From: Takakia lepidozioides
Taxonomy: Eukaryota; Plantae; Bryophyta
DNA length: 64,000 nt
Direction: 5' to 3'
NCBI GenBank assembly: GCA_030704615.1
Contig: CM060733.1
Span: forward strand, 61,690,001-61,754,000
In this document: piece by piece, positions 22,015 to 35,212 of the stretch
Layout: each line of letters opens with the position of its first letter
Position numbering within the stretch: the first letter of the stretch is position 1
The notes under the pieces: model-generated
What the model saw: the letters and a program-made list of their open reading frames with translations, nothing else
What the model was told of the DNA's origin: nothing
The model's database searches: none
Made by a program: the position numbers and the translations under genes

Positions 22015-25000
22015 TTATAATAAGGTAGGACACTTGGCGTCGAGGAAATCCCGTAGCATGCGAGCAGGCCTTTGTCCACCCATGAGCTCTGCTAAGCGCT
22101 CCAAGCGCAGCAAAGCTACTTCAGCCAAGCTCTTGCACTCATCCATCAGTGTCCGGTAATTTGCATCTGTCACCCCTGGCAACCGACGCAGTAGCTCAAC
22201 TGCGGTTGTGTTGTAGTTCTCTGCCCTGGAAGCCACAGACAGAGTTATGCATACTGTCCTCCAACATACATAGAAAGAACATGAATGTAGTACATCTTAG
22301 CAAAAGATGCAATCCGCAAGTATCAGTTCCTCACTTGTAACCTCTGATTGTCTCATACCTGATATCCCCTTCAATGAGGCCATCTTCGGTTGGCACCCCA
22401 ACTCGCATAGCTCGTTCAAGGTCGGGCTCGTCTTGGTTAGCTTTTAGGGTTGAGAAGATGTCAGCTGTCGCATGAAGGCTGCGAGACCACACAATGCGGA
22501 GGCGTGGAAAATGGAGGACTAGCAGTGACACCTTGGAGACAATGTTGGCAGGTAGTATCTCCTCTCCCATATCGTTGGCTGACTGTCACAAACATCTGCC
22601 ACACTTGAGAACTCATCATAAAACAACACCAAGGTGAGTGCTTGCACCACAATGCACCACAAGCCCTGGAAAAGGAGAGACAGAAGGTTGGGCAAGGTAT
22701 ACAAAATATTTAAGGCAAACAGGGTAGACAAATTAGGGGAAAACGGGGAGAGCATGGAAGAGAGCCCACACCTGGAGAGAGAAACTTTTGTCCTGAGAAA
22801 ACTCAATGAGCAGCACAGGGAGTCGGTAGTAACGGGTCATGGTTTCAGCTTGATGGTAGAGACGTCCAGATGTGAAACTGGAGAAGAGGTCAGCAACACT
22901 CTTTCGTTCCACACAGATATCGGGGGATAGAATGTAGTCACCCACTTCAAGAGTCACTGGCAGGATTCGCATGCCCTGCTGGTGCAGCACACTTGGAAGA
23001 CTGCTTCCGAACTCCCTCATATCCACAACAACCTGTATCCCACCCGCTGGACCCCTCACCAGTTGCAAAGGGAAACCCCAAAAACATCCTGTCCCTCTCT
23101 ACTTATTCCTATAGGCCCTTGGCCCCCCTGGGCATTACCAAGTTTCTGTTTTCTGCTCAGGCGTCCAACTTTTTTTGAGTGCAGCGGACTCTCCATTGCT
23201 TCCCTACTGCCACAAAATACGGAGGGGGTGGAAATTTCGTCCAAGCAGGACCACAATAGATCCATCTGGCAAGAAATTATGGAACTTCACATCAGGCGGA
23301 GCCAATCTAACAACAGAACTGCAGTTCTATCAGGAGACATTCTCGGTCCTCCGTGACGATAGAATCTTGCAGCCCAATTACCTGTCTGCAGCTCTGTCTC
23401 CCTCTCTTCTAAGGGCATTGGGGAGGTTTAACGGTGGGCTGCATAGTCTGCGGATAGAGACTGGTAGGGGGGACAACCTGCAGCGTGAGGACTGCATATG
23501 CCCGCACAGGGAACAACAGGGAAATCAAAAGTGAAGAACATTTCTTCTTTCACTCTCCTTTCTACTATGAGATCCGTGGGAGATTCTATTGTCAGTTCCG
23601 TGATACCCAATCTCTTACGGAGGTCTTCCATTACGAGGATCAGAAATGCTTATCAGCATACCTGCATGAAGCATTGATGCTTAGACAATCCCTTGAGAAA
23701 TAGTTGTCTTTGGACTGCTTGGTGTCTCTTTCTTGTTTCTTGCTTTCTCTTGTCCCATGAGCCCTTTGAGCTTTCTGTGGACGTTATAAAATACCATTTC
23801 ATTTCATTTCACTCTTTTAACTTTTTTGCACCCATATTATCTTCTCTTTGTCACACCTGTTGTACTCTCCTGCCATACCCTTGCCACCACTCTTCCCCTT
23901 TTCTGCTCCATCTAAACCAGTGCAGGGTCTTTGGGCACAAGGTGTAGGGCAACACATGTTGTAATGAGATAGAGAAAATGTGCAAACCTGCATTTGCTTC
24001 TCTGCTGCCTTCCGTCCTCCAGCCTTCCTGGTGGCCGCATTGAGTGTCACACCTGTGGCCGTTTGCGGTGGGGGAGTGGCATCCAACATTCTTCCATCCT
24101 GTACATTGACAAAGAGATAAGCAAGGTAAACAACCTCCACAGATTCAAGTAATGGGTCTCTTCTCAAAAACAAAAAGAGGCCGGGGAGGAGAGAGAAAAA
24201 CCGAAGTTTATAACATCAGCAGGAGATCCAAAGGCCTAAGGGACAGAGAACAGAAACAGAACAAAAGAACTACTCAAGATGGCACCCAAAGGGAAAGAAA
24301 TGGCACGAAAGGGGAAAGAAAAGGAAATAAATATTTGTAACACCTGCAGGAAGCTCAGAGAGCTTATGGGACAAAAGAAAGCAGGATACAAGAAAGAAGT
24401 TGGGGCCCCCAACAAACAGCCTGAAAACTACCAGTCAACTTTGAGAGGTTCCCTGAGTTGGAGAGTCTAGTGTAGATACGCTACCACGCATCTCAATCTT
24501 TGTAACATAACACATGTGAGGGAGTGGCTGCCTCTATAGACAGTAGTAGCCGCCCCAGATTTCATAGCAGAGAGGACAGTGAAAGAAGAAACCTGATCAA
24601 CAGGGATCATCATCGACGCCTTTTGGCGTATAAGCCCCTCAAAGGCACTATTTTCCCTCTGTATGCTGGCTTCAAACTTGCGACCTTCAGTCGAGTCTTC
24701 ATAGAACAGAAAATACACCTTGAGTGGTTGCGTTGGATTTTCTGCCTTATATACCTCCATTTCTCTCACAAAACCCATATCTGGGTCATAGACAACCACG
24801 AATAGTGGCCTTACAACCTCCAAAACACGCTGCTGACTTTCCAGCGCATAGAAGTGGACAGGTGGCAAAGGTCTAGTAGTTGTCTCCGCTTCCTCCAAAC
24901 TCTTTTCGCCATCTGCTAGCTCAAGGTTATCCTTCTCCAGCCGTTGAGGGTTTCTACTCTCCACCCCCACATCAATCAAGTCTGGAGATTCTGATGCTGT

Positions 25001-28000
25001 TGACTCAGCAACCTTCGTCTTGCCTTTTCCTGAAGACCGGGGTTTTCCACCGTGCTCATTCCCTGATGCAGCTGTGTGCCCATGTCCTACTCCCCTACCT
25101 TTCTAGAACAAAACAGTAGATTGGTACATCAGAAAGCACTCCTAGGATGCCTACTGAAGAAGAAGATGAAGACTTTGGCCGAAGCCAGTGTAACTAAGAG
25201 CCATTTTACCTTTGCGCCTACTTCATTATAATATCTGTCCATAAGAACCAAAAGCATTGTTACTAAGATGAGCGCAGAGAATGAGATCCTTGAAAAGTTT
25301 CTACATAGCCGTGGGCTACATACAGCCACCACCTGGACTGCTTGTTGCAGCTGCATTAGGACTCCTTAAACCAAGACACCATTGTCAAAGACAATACGAC
25401 CAACTGGTTCAGAGACTACTCCATAAAAGACACGTCTTCTTACCCAGTGTAAATATTGCAGACTCTAGGAAGCCTAAACCAGGCAGAATAGTGCAAGTGC
25501 ACCTTGTTGCATGGAATCTCTGAACAGATCTTCTTGAACTCACCAGTTCTCTGCCTGCCTCTCCCCCTACCATGTGTCTTCAATCCCTTGCCAATTGGAA
25601 CATCCTCCCCAACAACAATGACCTCCCTTTCATGTGCTGCCACCTCAGCAGCAGCTGCCATGAGGGCATCTTGCTCCTGTTTGTGCTCATTTTGCACCCC
25701 ATCACCATCATCTCCTCTCCAGGATCTTGGACTCCCCTTTCCATTCATGATCCCCATCCCTTTGGCACCATTTGACTTTTTCCTGCTACGGGTGCGCATC
25801 CCATGGAGTTCAGCTTTACCTAACAAGTACTTGGTCCATTCGTCTCGCATCAGCTGCACACAGGTCCAGTAGAAATGTTTGCCATCAGGAGTGCTTGTTG
25901 CAGGATATTCCAAGCTCTCTTTGAAGCATCAATCTCTCTTCCATAGGCCCACATTCAAAATTCTTCGATTTGACCCTCTGGCTACTGTGGATGTACTGAA
26001 CTACTCTGTCTTGTGAGAAGAAGCTCTTACTAGGAATGCTGGGTGCCGAAGCCACAACATGGGGTAGATCAAAATTGATGCCAATACAACAGGAATCCTG
26101 CTAGGGCCACATGGTGCACATATGGGAGGATGATTACTTTTGGGAAAGATTACTTCAGTTTTATGCTTTTTGTCCTGTGCTAGAGTGTCCCTCGGGCCTC
26201 CCACCTTTGTGTCTGTCTCCTTTCTCTGCGTCACTTTCTCCTTCTGTCCCTTGGGACCCCCCCCTCCCCCCCCCCCAAAGAGTTCTTTCTTTTTAAACAG
26301 GACATGTCAACATACCTTCTGGGGCCCATGTGTGACAACATCCTGCAGCTGTACGCACATGCGCTCATCCTTGCATGCCACCAGAACCGCCCCGCCCCCT
26401 TCTCCCCAGGCATTCTGTGACCCACGCACCTCAGTTGCTCCAATGGCCTTCACTCTCTGCCGTTCCTCCTCTATTTCCTCCAACACTTCCTGCTCACCAT
26501 GAGTGATAAGGGTGTCAGTGGAAGGCCTAAGCAAACATAAACAGTGATCGAGACAAGATGAGAGCATCACAGAAAGCCCTTCCCTTTTGATATCACTGTC
26601 TCTCTTTATGTCTGCTACCAGACTTAAAAGTCATTTGGAAATTCAGGACACACTCATGTACATCATAGACCCTGAGAGCTAGCTGGCCATGCAATCATCA
26701 GATTTAGGATTTACTCCCTCATCCCTCACATTGCCCAGATTTTGGTGCAAGCATATCTGGCTTAAGAGAATCCAAGACCTAGGAAAGATGAATTCGTGAC
26801 AAATGGTGCTATTTGTTTCAATCTGTATCCAACATAAAAGCTCCAACCCTTAGTTGATGAAACCAAGGAAAACTTTCACCTGGTTGTTTGCCAAACCCAG
26901 ACTTGCCTGTGTCTCTCAGCTACATGATTACCACAACCAGATCATTGACATGAAGTAAGAGTAGTGCAGTAAGTACCCTCAAAACCTTCCACTTTGGCAT
27001 CTCCTCCACAACAACCTCAAGCTCGACTCCCTCAACCTCCCCCACCACCCCTTCCATTCTATTACTCGCCTCTCTTGGGTCACCGATTTCATCTCCCTGC
27101 CCCAACCTTGCCTCTCCCGTCTTAGGGCCACCCAAATCATCCAAAATGCTTGAGGTACCACCTGTACTGATCGTCACATTCCCATTTATTCTCCTTCGCT
27201 TGCCACCCTCCTGATCTTCCTCCTCAGAAAGCACCCAAGGGGCATCCCTACTACCTGCTAGATTGTCAAACAAATTTAACTCAGGACCTATAGCACTTAT
27301 ACCCTCTCCTTCTGCATCACTTTCACTTGTGAAAGCAATCCTACTTCCTGTCCCAACCCTGGCAGATGGTTCTGACACAGAAATTCTAGCAGGAGCCCTT
27401 TCTGGGTCGTTGGACTTAGAACCAGGTTTCCCTTTCCAGCTGTGCCGCCCCACTCTTCGGTCTCTACCACCTAACCCTGCTCCGTTAGTCCCTTTATGGT
27501 GAACAAGCCTTGTGCCATCGGTTCTCACTAATTGATATGCACGACGCTTGGCCAACTCAAATATCTTGTGAGTAGGATTGGCGAAAATCCACGCAGATCT
27601 CACGCCCTCCGACACCCGCAAGGTGTCTAGATACTTCAGAAATGTGACCGCATCGTAGCGTTGTAGATACTCGACCAATTTCCTGAGGGTTTTGAGGTCC
27701 CCCACCAGCTGCTTTGTCTTTCGGCCCACAGTATGCCATATGGGGTCCAGCTGTCGCCTGATTATCTCATCAAAAGATTTGAGCAGTCCATTTTCAACAG
27801 TCAGGTCTTCAACATCAACTTTGTTGGTCTTTCTCAGCTCTTTCAAGCATGCATCCATGACCTCTAGTATAGCATTTTGAATTCCAGCCATGGCATTCGT
27901 CAGAGGCATTCGAATGTCAATCACTTCAGGAGGTGTCTCCTCAAGTGTACCACTCACGGACAGGTGGAAACGAGGCCAAATATACAATCTTTTCACAAAC

Positions 28001-28515
28001 AAACTCTTCATAATCCTCTCTGTCTTTGAAAAACCCGAGATCATAGCCTGTGGACGGTCGGAGAAAGCCTGCACAAACCCTTTCTTGTTGGCCTGCCGGA
28101 AAAGCCTCACAATGAAAGCCTCCGCGCAGGTCTCTGACAACCGGTGCGCGTTGTTCACGATTATTCCAGCTACTTTTTGCAATGGCACACGCGCATTCAG
28201 CATGTCTACAATCAAAATACGAGAAGTGATGAAAAACGAACCCCCTTCTGAGTAGAAATTCAAGCGTTCAGCACCTCCGTATTCATTGTTAATCTCCATG
28301 GGCAGTTGGGCTGCTGGATCCTGGTCTTGCATTTCCTCCCGAAGTGCTTGCCGCTGCGGGTCTGAGGTGGAGAGGAGAAGAAGAAGCCCATCCGACCGAG
28401 AATGCAACCGCAGCAGCGATGCCAACACTTTACATAACCCTAGCCCTGCTGCCATAACCACGACTCCATCGCCCTCCAGTAATTCTCCAACTATCTGCTC
28501 ATGGAAAGGCAACAT
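22015..28515 (-). CDS. UVH1: XPF/RAD1/ERCC4 structure-specific DNA repair endonuclease; 8 exons (28515-26977, 26489-26316, 25853-25544, ~25102-24593, 24098-23988, 23032-22772, 22582-22359, 22225-22015)
   Basis: N-terminal helicase-like domain ([32 protein letters not shown]). ERCC4 nuclease VVDMREF...[16 protein letters not shown]. HhH region LRRLPGV. GT-AG boundaries that keep frame. Confidence 0.96.
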
Positions 28516-28859
28516 TTTCCATACAATCACATATCAACACTCCTCCTCCCACACCACCTCCGCTGCCCGCCACATCTCCCGATCACAAATCCGAGAGCTC
28601 ACTTCGCAGCCGAGCTATGACCAGATTGCACAGGCATTTCACAATTCCTGAAAATGAGTGCGACGCCAGCTAGGCTCCACCCTCCCTTCTGATTGGCTTG
28701 CCACATCACTACCCCATGGCTTATTATTTAGAGAAAGAATAATACTTAGTAATAAAAGATAGTAGGTAATCATAAAGAAGGAAAAATAAAACGAAAAAAA
28801 CAGAACAACAACAGAAAAAAAAGAGAGTTGAGAGGTAACTAACTTAGTTGTCCGACAGC

Positions 28860-29045
28860 CCACAATTCAGCCTTGAGGAGGGGGGAAAATTAACCCCCTT
28901 TCATTTATGAGCCATGAGGCCTACAGGACTATCAACGCCCAAACATAACGTCACGAACAATCCCACACATTGGGCAGGGCAGCGGGTTTGAACACCCAAC
29001 CACCAGGGTGACACACCGTGCACTTACCAGCTGAGCTACCAGCCG
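28860..29045 (-). mobile_element. Putative tRNA-derived SINE
   Basis: Minus strand GGTAGCTCAGCTGG (A box, 29027-29040) and GTTCAAACCC (B box, 28984-28993) with tRNA-like spacing. Stems pair poorly. A unique body follows toward a T-rich tract. No TSD found and the 3' end is uncertain. Confidence 0.6.
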
Positions 29046-29503
29046 ATGTGCCATACTTACGGTTCTTAAAAATACAACAAAAAGAAAAGAAAAAGAAAAA
29101 ACAAGGTGAGCGCGTGCGAGCGAAGGGGAAGGGAAGGTGCGGGCGGGGCGGGCCGGCCTGGCGGCAGCTCAGCCGTGAGCGGGGATGGCAGAGCGCGTCT
29201 TGTGTAAGGGAGGGGAGAGATCTGCAAGAACAGGTTTGTAGGTGCTTGATTTGTTGTGTCTTGGTTGATACTTGGTACAGAGTAGACTAGGAGTTACGCC
29301 CTTTCTGTGCTTGGAAGGAGATATGTAATTTTTTTTTTTGCGTCTTCTCTCCGTTCGGATGAGCATCGCAATTTTTTGATTTTCATGTGGAAGTTGGTGT
29401 GCAGCAGGAGGGGCGGATATTGAAGTCGGATTTTATCTGCCTCGCCCAACTTTTCTGGGAACATATCTCTTCATTCAAGGTTTGGGGGATCGTAGAGATT
29501 GAG

Positions 29504-31281
29504 ATGGGAGAGTCGTTTGTGGATCCTAGTGTTCCCTTGTGGGGGCATGGTGAAGATAACAGAGCCTTATGGCATGCACTAGATGCTGCCTGTGATTTTC
29601 CAGAAGTGCCGGACGATCTGTCAATTGACCATGGATTCTTCATGGACGAGATTGAATTACAGGAGGCTGTGTCTCATCAAGGGAGCAATTTCTGGGGTTT
29701 CATTTCTTCGGCACAGCCAGGTGCCGGTGCTGTGGGTCTGGATGCTCCTGACAGCGGGGTTGGACATTTGGTAGAGGATTGGTTGGCGGAATCGTCCGAA
29801 AAGAGGCAGGATGTGCCTTTGGGCGTGTGTGTGAAGAGACTGGAAGATGAAGCACCATGGGCAGGCTTTGGTGCCAAGCTGGGACAGGACGAAGATGAAT
29901 CAGTGGTTTGGGCTAACTCTCTCCCAGATATCTCACAGGAGGTCACACACAACGATCACTCTTTCTTTGACAATTTCTCTATCCAATGTGACTCGAATGG
30001 TAGGAAGCGTACCAGGATGCACAGTGCAGCTCTGCATTCACCAGACTCGTATGACTCTCCAAACAGTGAGTCGATTGTCCTAAATAAAGATGCATCGTCA
30101 ATCTCTGGCGGTGACAGCTCCGATGTGGATGACTTGGGCAGGGGCGGTGAAAAAACTCTCAACCACTTGAAGACTGATTTTCCAAAGACCTCCGAGCCAA
30201 TACAAGACGATGATGTTTCCAAACGTCAGATGAGGTTTGCAGTCTTTCTCACTACGGATTGCTACTTGTATCCAATTATGACTCTTGATATTTTCGGTCC
30301 AAGTTTCTAGATCCACATGATTCGCACTCTCTGACCTATTGTGGACTGTGTTGGATCAGATTGATCAGGAACAGGGAGTCAGCGTGCCAATCCCGAGCCA
30401 GAAAGAAGTCCTACGTGAAGGACCTGGAATTACGATGCCGCATGTTAGAAAGTCAATGTTGTCATCTCCAGAGAGCAGTGTCTGTGTCTGCTTTGGAAAA
30501 TAAAGTGCTGAAAGAAGAGCTTGTAAGTGTGAAGAAGCCTAAGGACGGTTACCTTAAGTCTGGCGTGGCAGAGCCTGCAGTGCTTGAAAGCAGTAAGTAC
30601 ACAATCCATCTCTTGTTTCCATGCAGATATAGTTTCAGGCCTGGGAGATCTTATCCAGCTTTGTCCTGGCAAGTGTTATTGCTTCGCCATGATGCAAATG
30701 TGTTTAGATCATGTGTTTTGGTGATTCAGTCTGTCCACCAGTGCATTTGTTTGTGTGCAATGCAGTATGTACGTCATGCCTTTTTCTGTATTTCTGTGGT
30801 GGTTATCTTCACTGTTGCTGTTATGGTGTATGCAGACTCCCTGCTGTCGGAGTTCCTGCCCCACCATTCTTACCCCTGCCCTTTGGGGCAATGGCTTACC
30901 GCCGGCCATTGCCACGGTTGGCTGCTCACACTACTGCACGTGGTACTTCTAATGGTAGTAAGCGGAGCAAGCGCTCATCATGCAAGCCTCCTTCAGTTTC
31001 ATGAGGACAGCACTGCTCGCTCCTTTGGGTACTCGTCCCAAAGGATCACTCACCAGAGACACTTCTCCTCCACAGGTGTTTTGGGATGTTGGAAGATTTC
31101 CTGTTATTCCTTAACCAGGAAGAAGAGAAGGAAGTTTTTGAGTGGTTACAATAGACACAGTCAACGTGAATCTTGCAATGTGGGGTTTATGAAATTGGGG
31201 TTTCCGAGGAGGAAGCTTATTTCAACGAGATGGCGTTGTAAACGTCTCCGGAGGAGTTTGCCGTCCTTCCAAATGCTGTAG
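29504..31281 (+). CDS. bZIP60: bZIP60-type membrane-anchored UPR transcription factor; exons 29504-30234, 30360-30592, 30836-31281
   Basis: bZIP basic region KRQMRLIRNRESACQSRARKKSYVKDLE. EPAVL..SLL junction. Hydrophobic WLLTLLHVVLLMVV segment. C-terminal RWRCKRLRR. Twin CUG|CNG hairpins at the expected position. Confidence 0.9.
30571..30854 (+). promoter_or_regulatory. IRE1 unconventional splicing site (twin hairpins; 23-nt intron in the mature mRNA)
   Basis: Hairpin 1 is GAGC-CTGCAGT-GCTT. Hairpin 2 is AACTCC-CTGCTGTC-GGAGTT after spliceosomal joining. Cuts after 30577 and 30843 remove 15+8 = 23 nt. Confidence 0.85.
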
Positions 31282-31420
31282 ATAGAAGGATTGATCATTA
31301 GGATATCCGGAGGAGGAACTTGTCTTCCTTCCCAATGCTGTAGATAGGACTAATCAGTAGGATATTTGGAGGAGCAGCTTGCCTTCCTTACCAATGCTGT
31401 AGGATTGATCATAAGGATAT
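31248..31420. repeat. Tandem triplication (~59 bp) spanning the bZIP60 stop codon
   Basis: GGAGGAG...CCTT.C.AATGCTGTAG...GATCA.TAGGATAT units start at 31248, 31307 and 31366. Confidence 0.88.
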
Positions 31421-32483
31421 TTATACTAGTCTTTAGATTAGTACTCACAGTAGGGAGGTGAAATCAGGATGCAGATTTTTGCTCCGGGAATTTTCCCAGA
31501 CTCCCCTGACTCTGCGAAATGTAATGACAGTTCATGCATCAGAGTAATTGAGTAATTGCATATTTGAGTAAGGTCCATCAACCTGTGCTTGACTGATGAA
31601 CTGTCCATGAAGTACATACAAGAGGTATAAGGCAGTTGCAATTTAAAGTATAAGCACAAGAGCACTTTACAACTACTACTACGCCTCTGCTTTAACAGTG
31701 CCTCAACAATAATTCAATCCGCTCCTTCCGTTTTGACCTTTTCACAAGCTGGATGCCTAAAAAAGATTTCTGGGTACATGACAATGTAGACTCACTGCCT
31801 GGTATCATGCTCTGGTCATGCAAGAGTAAGCATAGGTTGTCCCATCATCCAGTCCTGCTCTTGTGTTCTGTCTCAACCACCATTCTGCATGTGTCCAAAG
31901 AACCACAGAAATATCTTAGTAGAGAATGCAACAGTTTGGATGTGTTTCTCGAGTGGGGAAAGGTTTGCTGTGCTCTTCCAGCAGCTGCTTACTGTATGGC
32001 AGCTTCTCCTCGATGGGAATCTCTCAGTGTGGACTGAAAAGAGATCCATGGGTGGAGGTCTCCTATGGGTTCCTGCGAGAGGAACCACTTGAAACTTGAA
32101 CTCTATATTGCAGCCGCCTGTATGACCTCAGCGAATAGCTTTTGACCCCTGCACAGCCAGCCACTGGAGCAACTTGGATTTAGTCCGCATGCACATGCTT
32201 TGGCCAGGACCAAACTTTCTGCTGTTTAACTGCACAAATAGTGGCAAGCTACGGTTGAAAACAGGCTATATAGTCCTCAGGGATGCACTTACCATGACTT
32301 CATACTCATGGATGTTATGCCCCACAAATTAAAGCCCTCAAGGGCCTATGGGCATGAAACATTCATAGGACCACCCTTGCGCAGACTGCCTTTGCTCGAG
32401 TTGATTGATAGTGTTGAGGACTGTCTGGTAAGAAGCTCTGGAGAGGATGCTGCAGTGATTCAACAGCAGTTTCTCGAAGCTCC

Positions 32484-34696
32484 TCATGGTTTTGAGCCAG
32501 AAAGCCTCAAGCCCAGGAAGATGGCAACAAGCAACAGCACCAGCAATGTAAACCTTCCTCCCGGTAAAAGAATGTTATCCTCCAGTTGTGTTCTCTGACC
32601 TCCACTGTAACGGTACACCCATGCCATGACAGGAGGCAGTACACCGAACAGAAAACAATTTGCATACACTCCAGCGAAGTCAAGAGCCCTTGCAAAGGCT
32701 GTGGGACAAATCATCGCCATTAACACTGGGGGCCCAAGCGCCACAGACAAGGCTGCCATCCTTTTGGCATCTTTCCACCTGCCCTCTTCCAAATCAACTC
32801 CATTTTGATTTGACAACCCTATACTTGTAGGGGTTCCAAGCAAAGCCACAGTGTCTGCAAGTTGCTTTGGAAAACTCAACGAATAACCGATAAGTGTGGT
32901 GCCCAGGGCAGCAAATGCAAAAGCCTGGACAGCAGGTACTGCCAAAGTACTCCTTGACATCAATAGCTTGATTGGGTCTAGTGATCCAGTGGCAAGGCGC
33001 GCAGGAGCAAGGCTGGTAATCACCGCATTCCATGCCAAAACCATAGCCAGCGGCACTGCCCCACCACAGAGTATTGCGTTGCGAGCATCTTGTGGTCTTC
33101 CCCCGACAACATTACACACTAAGGGTGTGATTACATGAAAGCCTAAAGTGAGGACAATGACAGGTATGGAGGGCAGTAAAGCCTCAAGAGTCCAGATTCC
33201 ATGGGCCATGGACTGCACTGACAAATGATGCCCCTCATAGAGGCCTATCCCAACCAAACCCACAATTGCTGCAAGCATGAGACCACATAGTGCCCTGTTG
33301 AGAGTATCCACAGCTTTGAAGGGGGAAAACGCGACCATACCAGCCACCAGCGCTGGGCTAAATGAGCAAACTAGGGCAAGTGGCAATTGCAACCAGCATG
33401 CAACAATTGATCCAAGGCCTGCGATACATGCCACTAAGAGGGCGTAATTGAGGAGAGCATAGACTGCCGCTACAACACACCCACTCCTGTGGCCAAGTGT
33501 ACGAACTGCTAGGCCTGTGAAACTTACTTCTGCCCCTCCTTGCTCTGCCATCACTGTCAACATGGAATGCATACTTTGTGAGTTTGCAAGAATTCGGTGG
33601 TTGAAAAACTGTCCAAGGGCAATGATTTCTATGGTGACAGCCAAACTACTTGAGAGCTCCCAGGCACTTCAAAACCAGTGGCCAAAAACATATGACTCAA
33701 TACCGTGAAAGAATGGTGGTCTGTTGATCAAAAATATTCATACAACAACCACCACCAACCGACACATCAGTTCGGTTTCATTTTTTGTAAAAAGTCTGAT
33801 GCATGAATATCAGTGCGACCGACTGTAGTTTAACATTTCCCAGTGAGGAGCAAGAAGCGAGTTTTTTCATTGCATGACTGCAAAGCCTCTTTATTACATA
33901 CCTCTTTTCACTCAAGAATTAGATAAGAAGGGAGGAAAATTGCCTGCATAGCTGAGCTCTGCAACTAGTAGCACAGAGGCGATGACATACGCCCAGGCTG
34001 TGATGATCGTTACACTGGATGGAAGCAAGCCTGCTTTTAGAGTGGCTGCCGGAAGTCCAAGAATACCAGGCCCAACAGCAGTGCCCATAATCAGCCCCAC
34101 TGCTGATGTAAGTCTTCCTCTTCCTGCGCCACCTGCTGCACGTTTGTTAAAATTCACTTTCATATGCTGCAATCTTGCAATGTTGCAAAGCTACCTAGAA
34201 TTGGCCCACTGGAGGCTGTGATGTAAACCCTCTGTACTTATAAAATGGCCAAACACTTGCAGGTATTTCTTTAGAGGACAAGGACTTCTGCACTGAGCCC
34301 TACTTACAGATATGACAACCAACCGCCAGAACACATTATTGTGAGATTGTGTTTCTGACCTGTGTGTGAGGTATGCAAGGAGGTTTCTGGAGACTCAACT
34401 TCCAAACTTGAACTGCCCCCGCACGCGACTTTGCTTGTAGGTGTCCCCCGAAACGACTTTGCAAGAGCTACGGCATCTGGTTGTTGGAAACAAAGACCAG
34501 TGCCAGGCGGAAAATTTCGCAGACCTCGTTGAATCATTTTTGTCTTTGGAGAATGAGGCGATTCAAGAAAGAATGTGCTATGCCGACATGATTTCTTCAA
34601 CGATGAGGGAGGGAGCATTCTCTCCAATCTTGCCAAATTGCGATGGGTCCATGCTGCTATAGGGAGGCCCCGCACATAAGAAGAAACAAATGACAT
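32484..34696 (-). CDS. Tryptophan/tyrosine permease-family (aromatic amino acid) transporter with a probable transit peptide; 3 exons (34696-34360, ~34137-33944, 33553-32484)
   Basis: SAVGLIMGTAVGPGILGLP, LLVAELS, YALLNYALLVACI, LTLGFHVITP, FARALDFAGVYANCFLFGVLPP, LPGG; multiple hydrophobic helices. Confidence 0.88.
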
Positions 34697-34940
34697 CCTC
34701 AACAAATGAAGCGATGACGACAACAAAATGGTCCGATGTAATCAGGACAGCTACTGTCAATCCACACAGATTAAATCGCTGACTAGCATGAAATGGTACG
34801 ACAGCGAATCAGCTCAGCTGCATCCGACGCCTCGAGATTTCTTCCAGCTTCCAAAAGCGCCATGGATATGCGTATGTTGGATGTCGACCAACCTAGCTCT
34901 CATATAAAAGCGGGGTAACTGAGTCACTACTGGTTCCTTA

Positions 34941-35212
34941 GGGCCACTTTACACTAGGGACCAAGACCAAGACCAAGCGGAAATGGAGCATTCTTATTGG
35001 TCGAGGGCCGAAAATTGGGCTTTACACTAGGGACCAAGCCCAAAAGACCAAAGCGGGCCAATATGCTTACATGGCACCTACTTTCGGCGCGAAGTTGTTG
35101 GTCCAGACCAAGGAAAAGGAAGCCTCCTGATAGCTGGGCCCAACTGTTTGGCTCCGGACCAAGAGCAGCCCAAGAGTGGCACTTCTCGGTCCCACCATTT
35201 CTTGGTCGGCCC
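34941..35212. mobile_element. PIF/Harbinger (Tourist-like) MITE, 272 bp
   Basis: TTA flanks on both sides (34938-34940 and 35213-35215). GGGCC...GGCCC ends. Repeated GACCAAG motifs, and TTTACACTAGGGACCAAG twice. The right TIR appears internally deleted. Confidence 0.72.

Noticed and set aside
28975-29050. Functional tRNA gene
   Set aside because: A and B boxes are present, but the acceptor, anticodon and T stems pair poorly. Treated as a SINE head.
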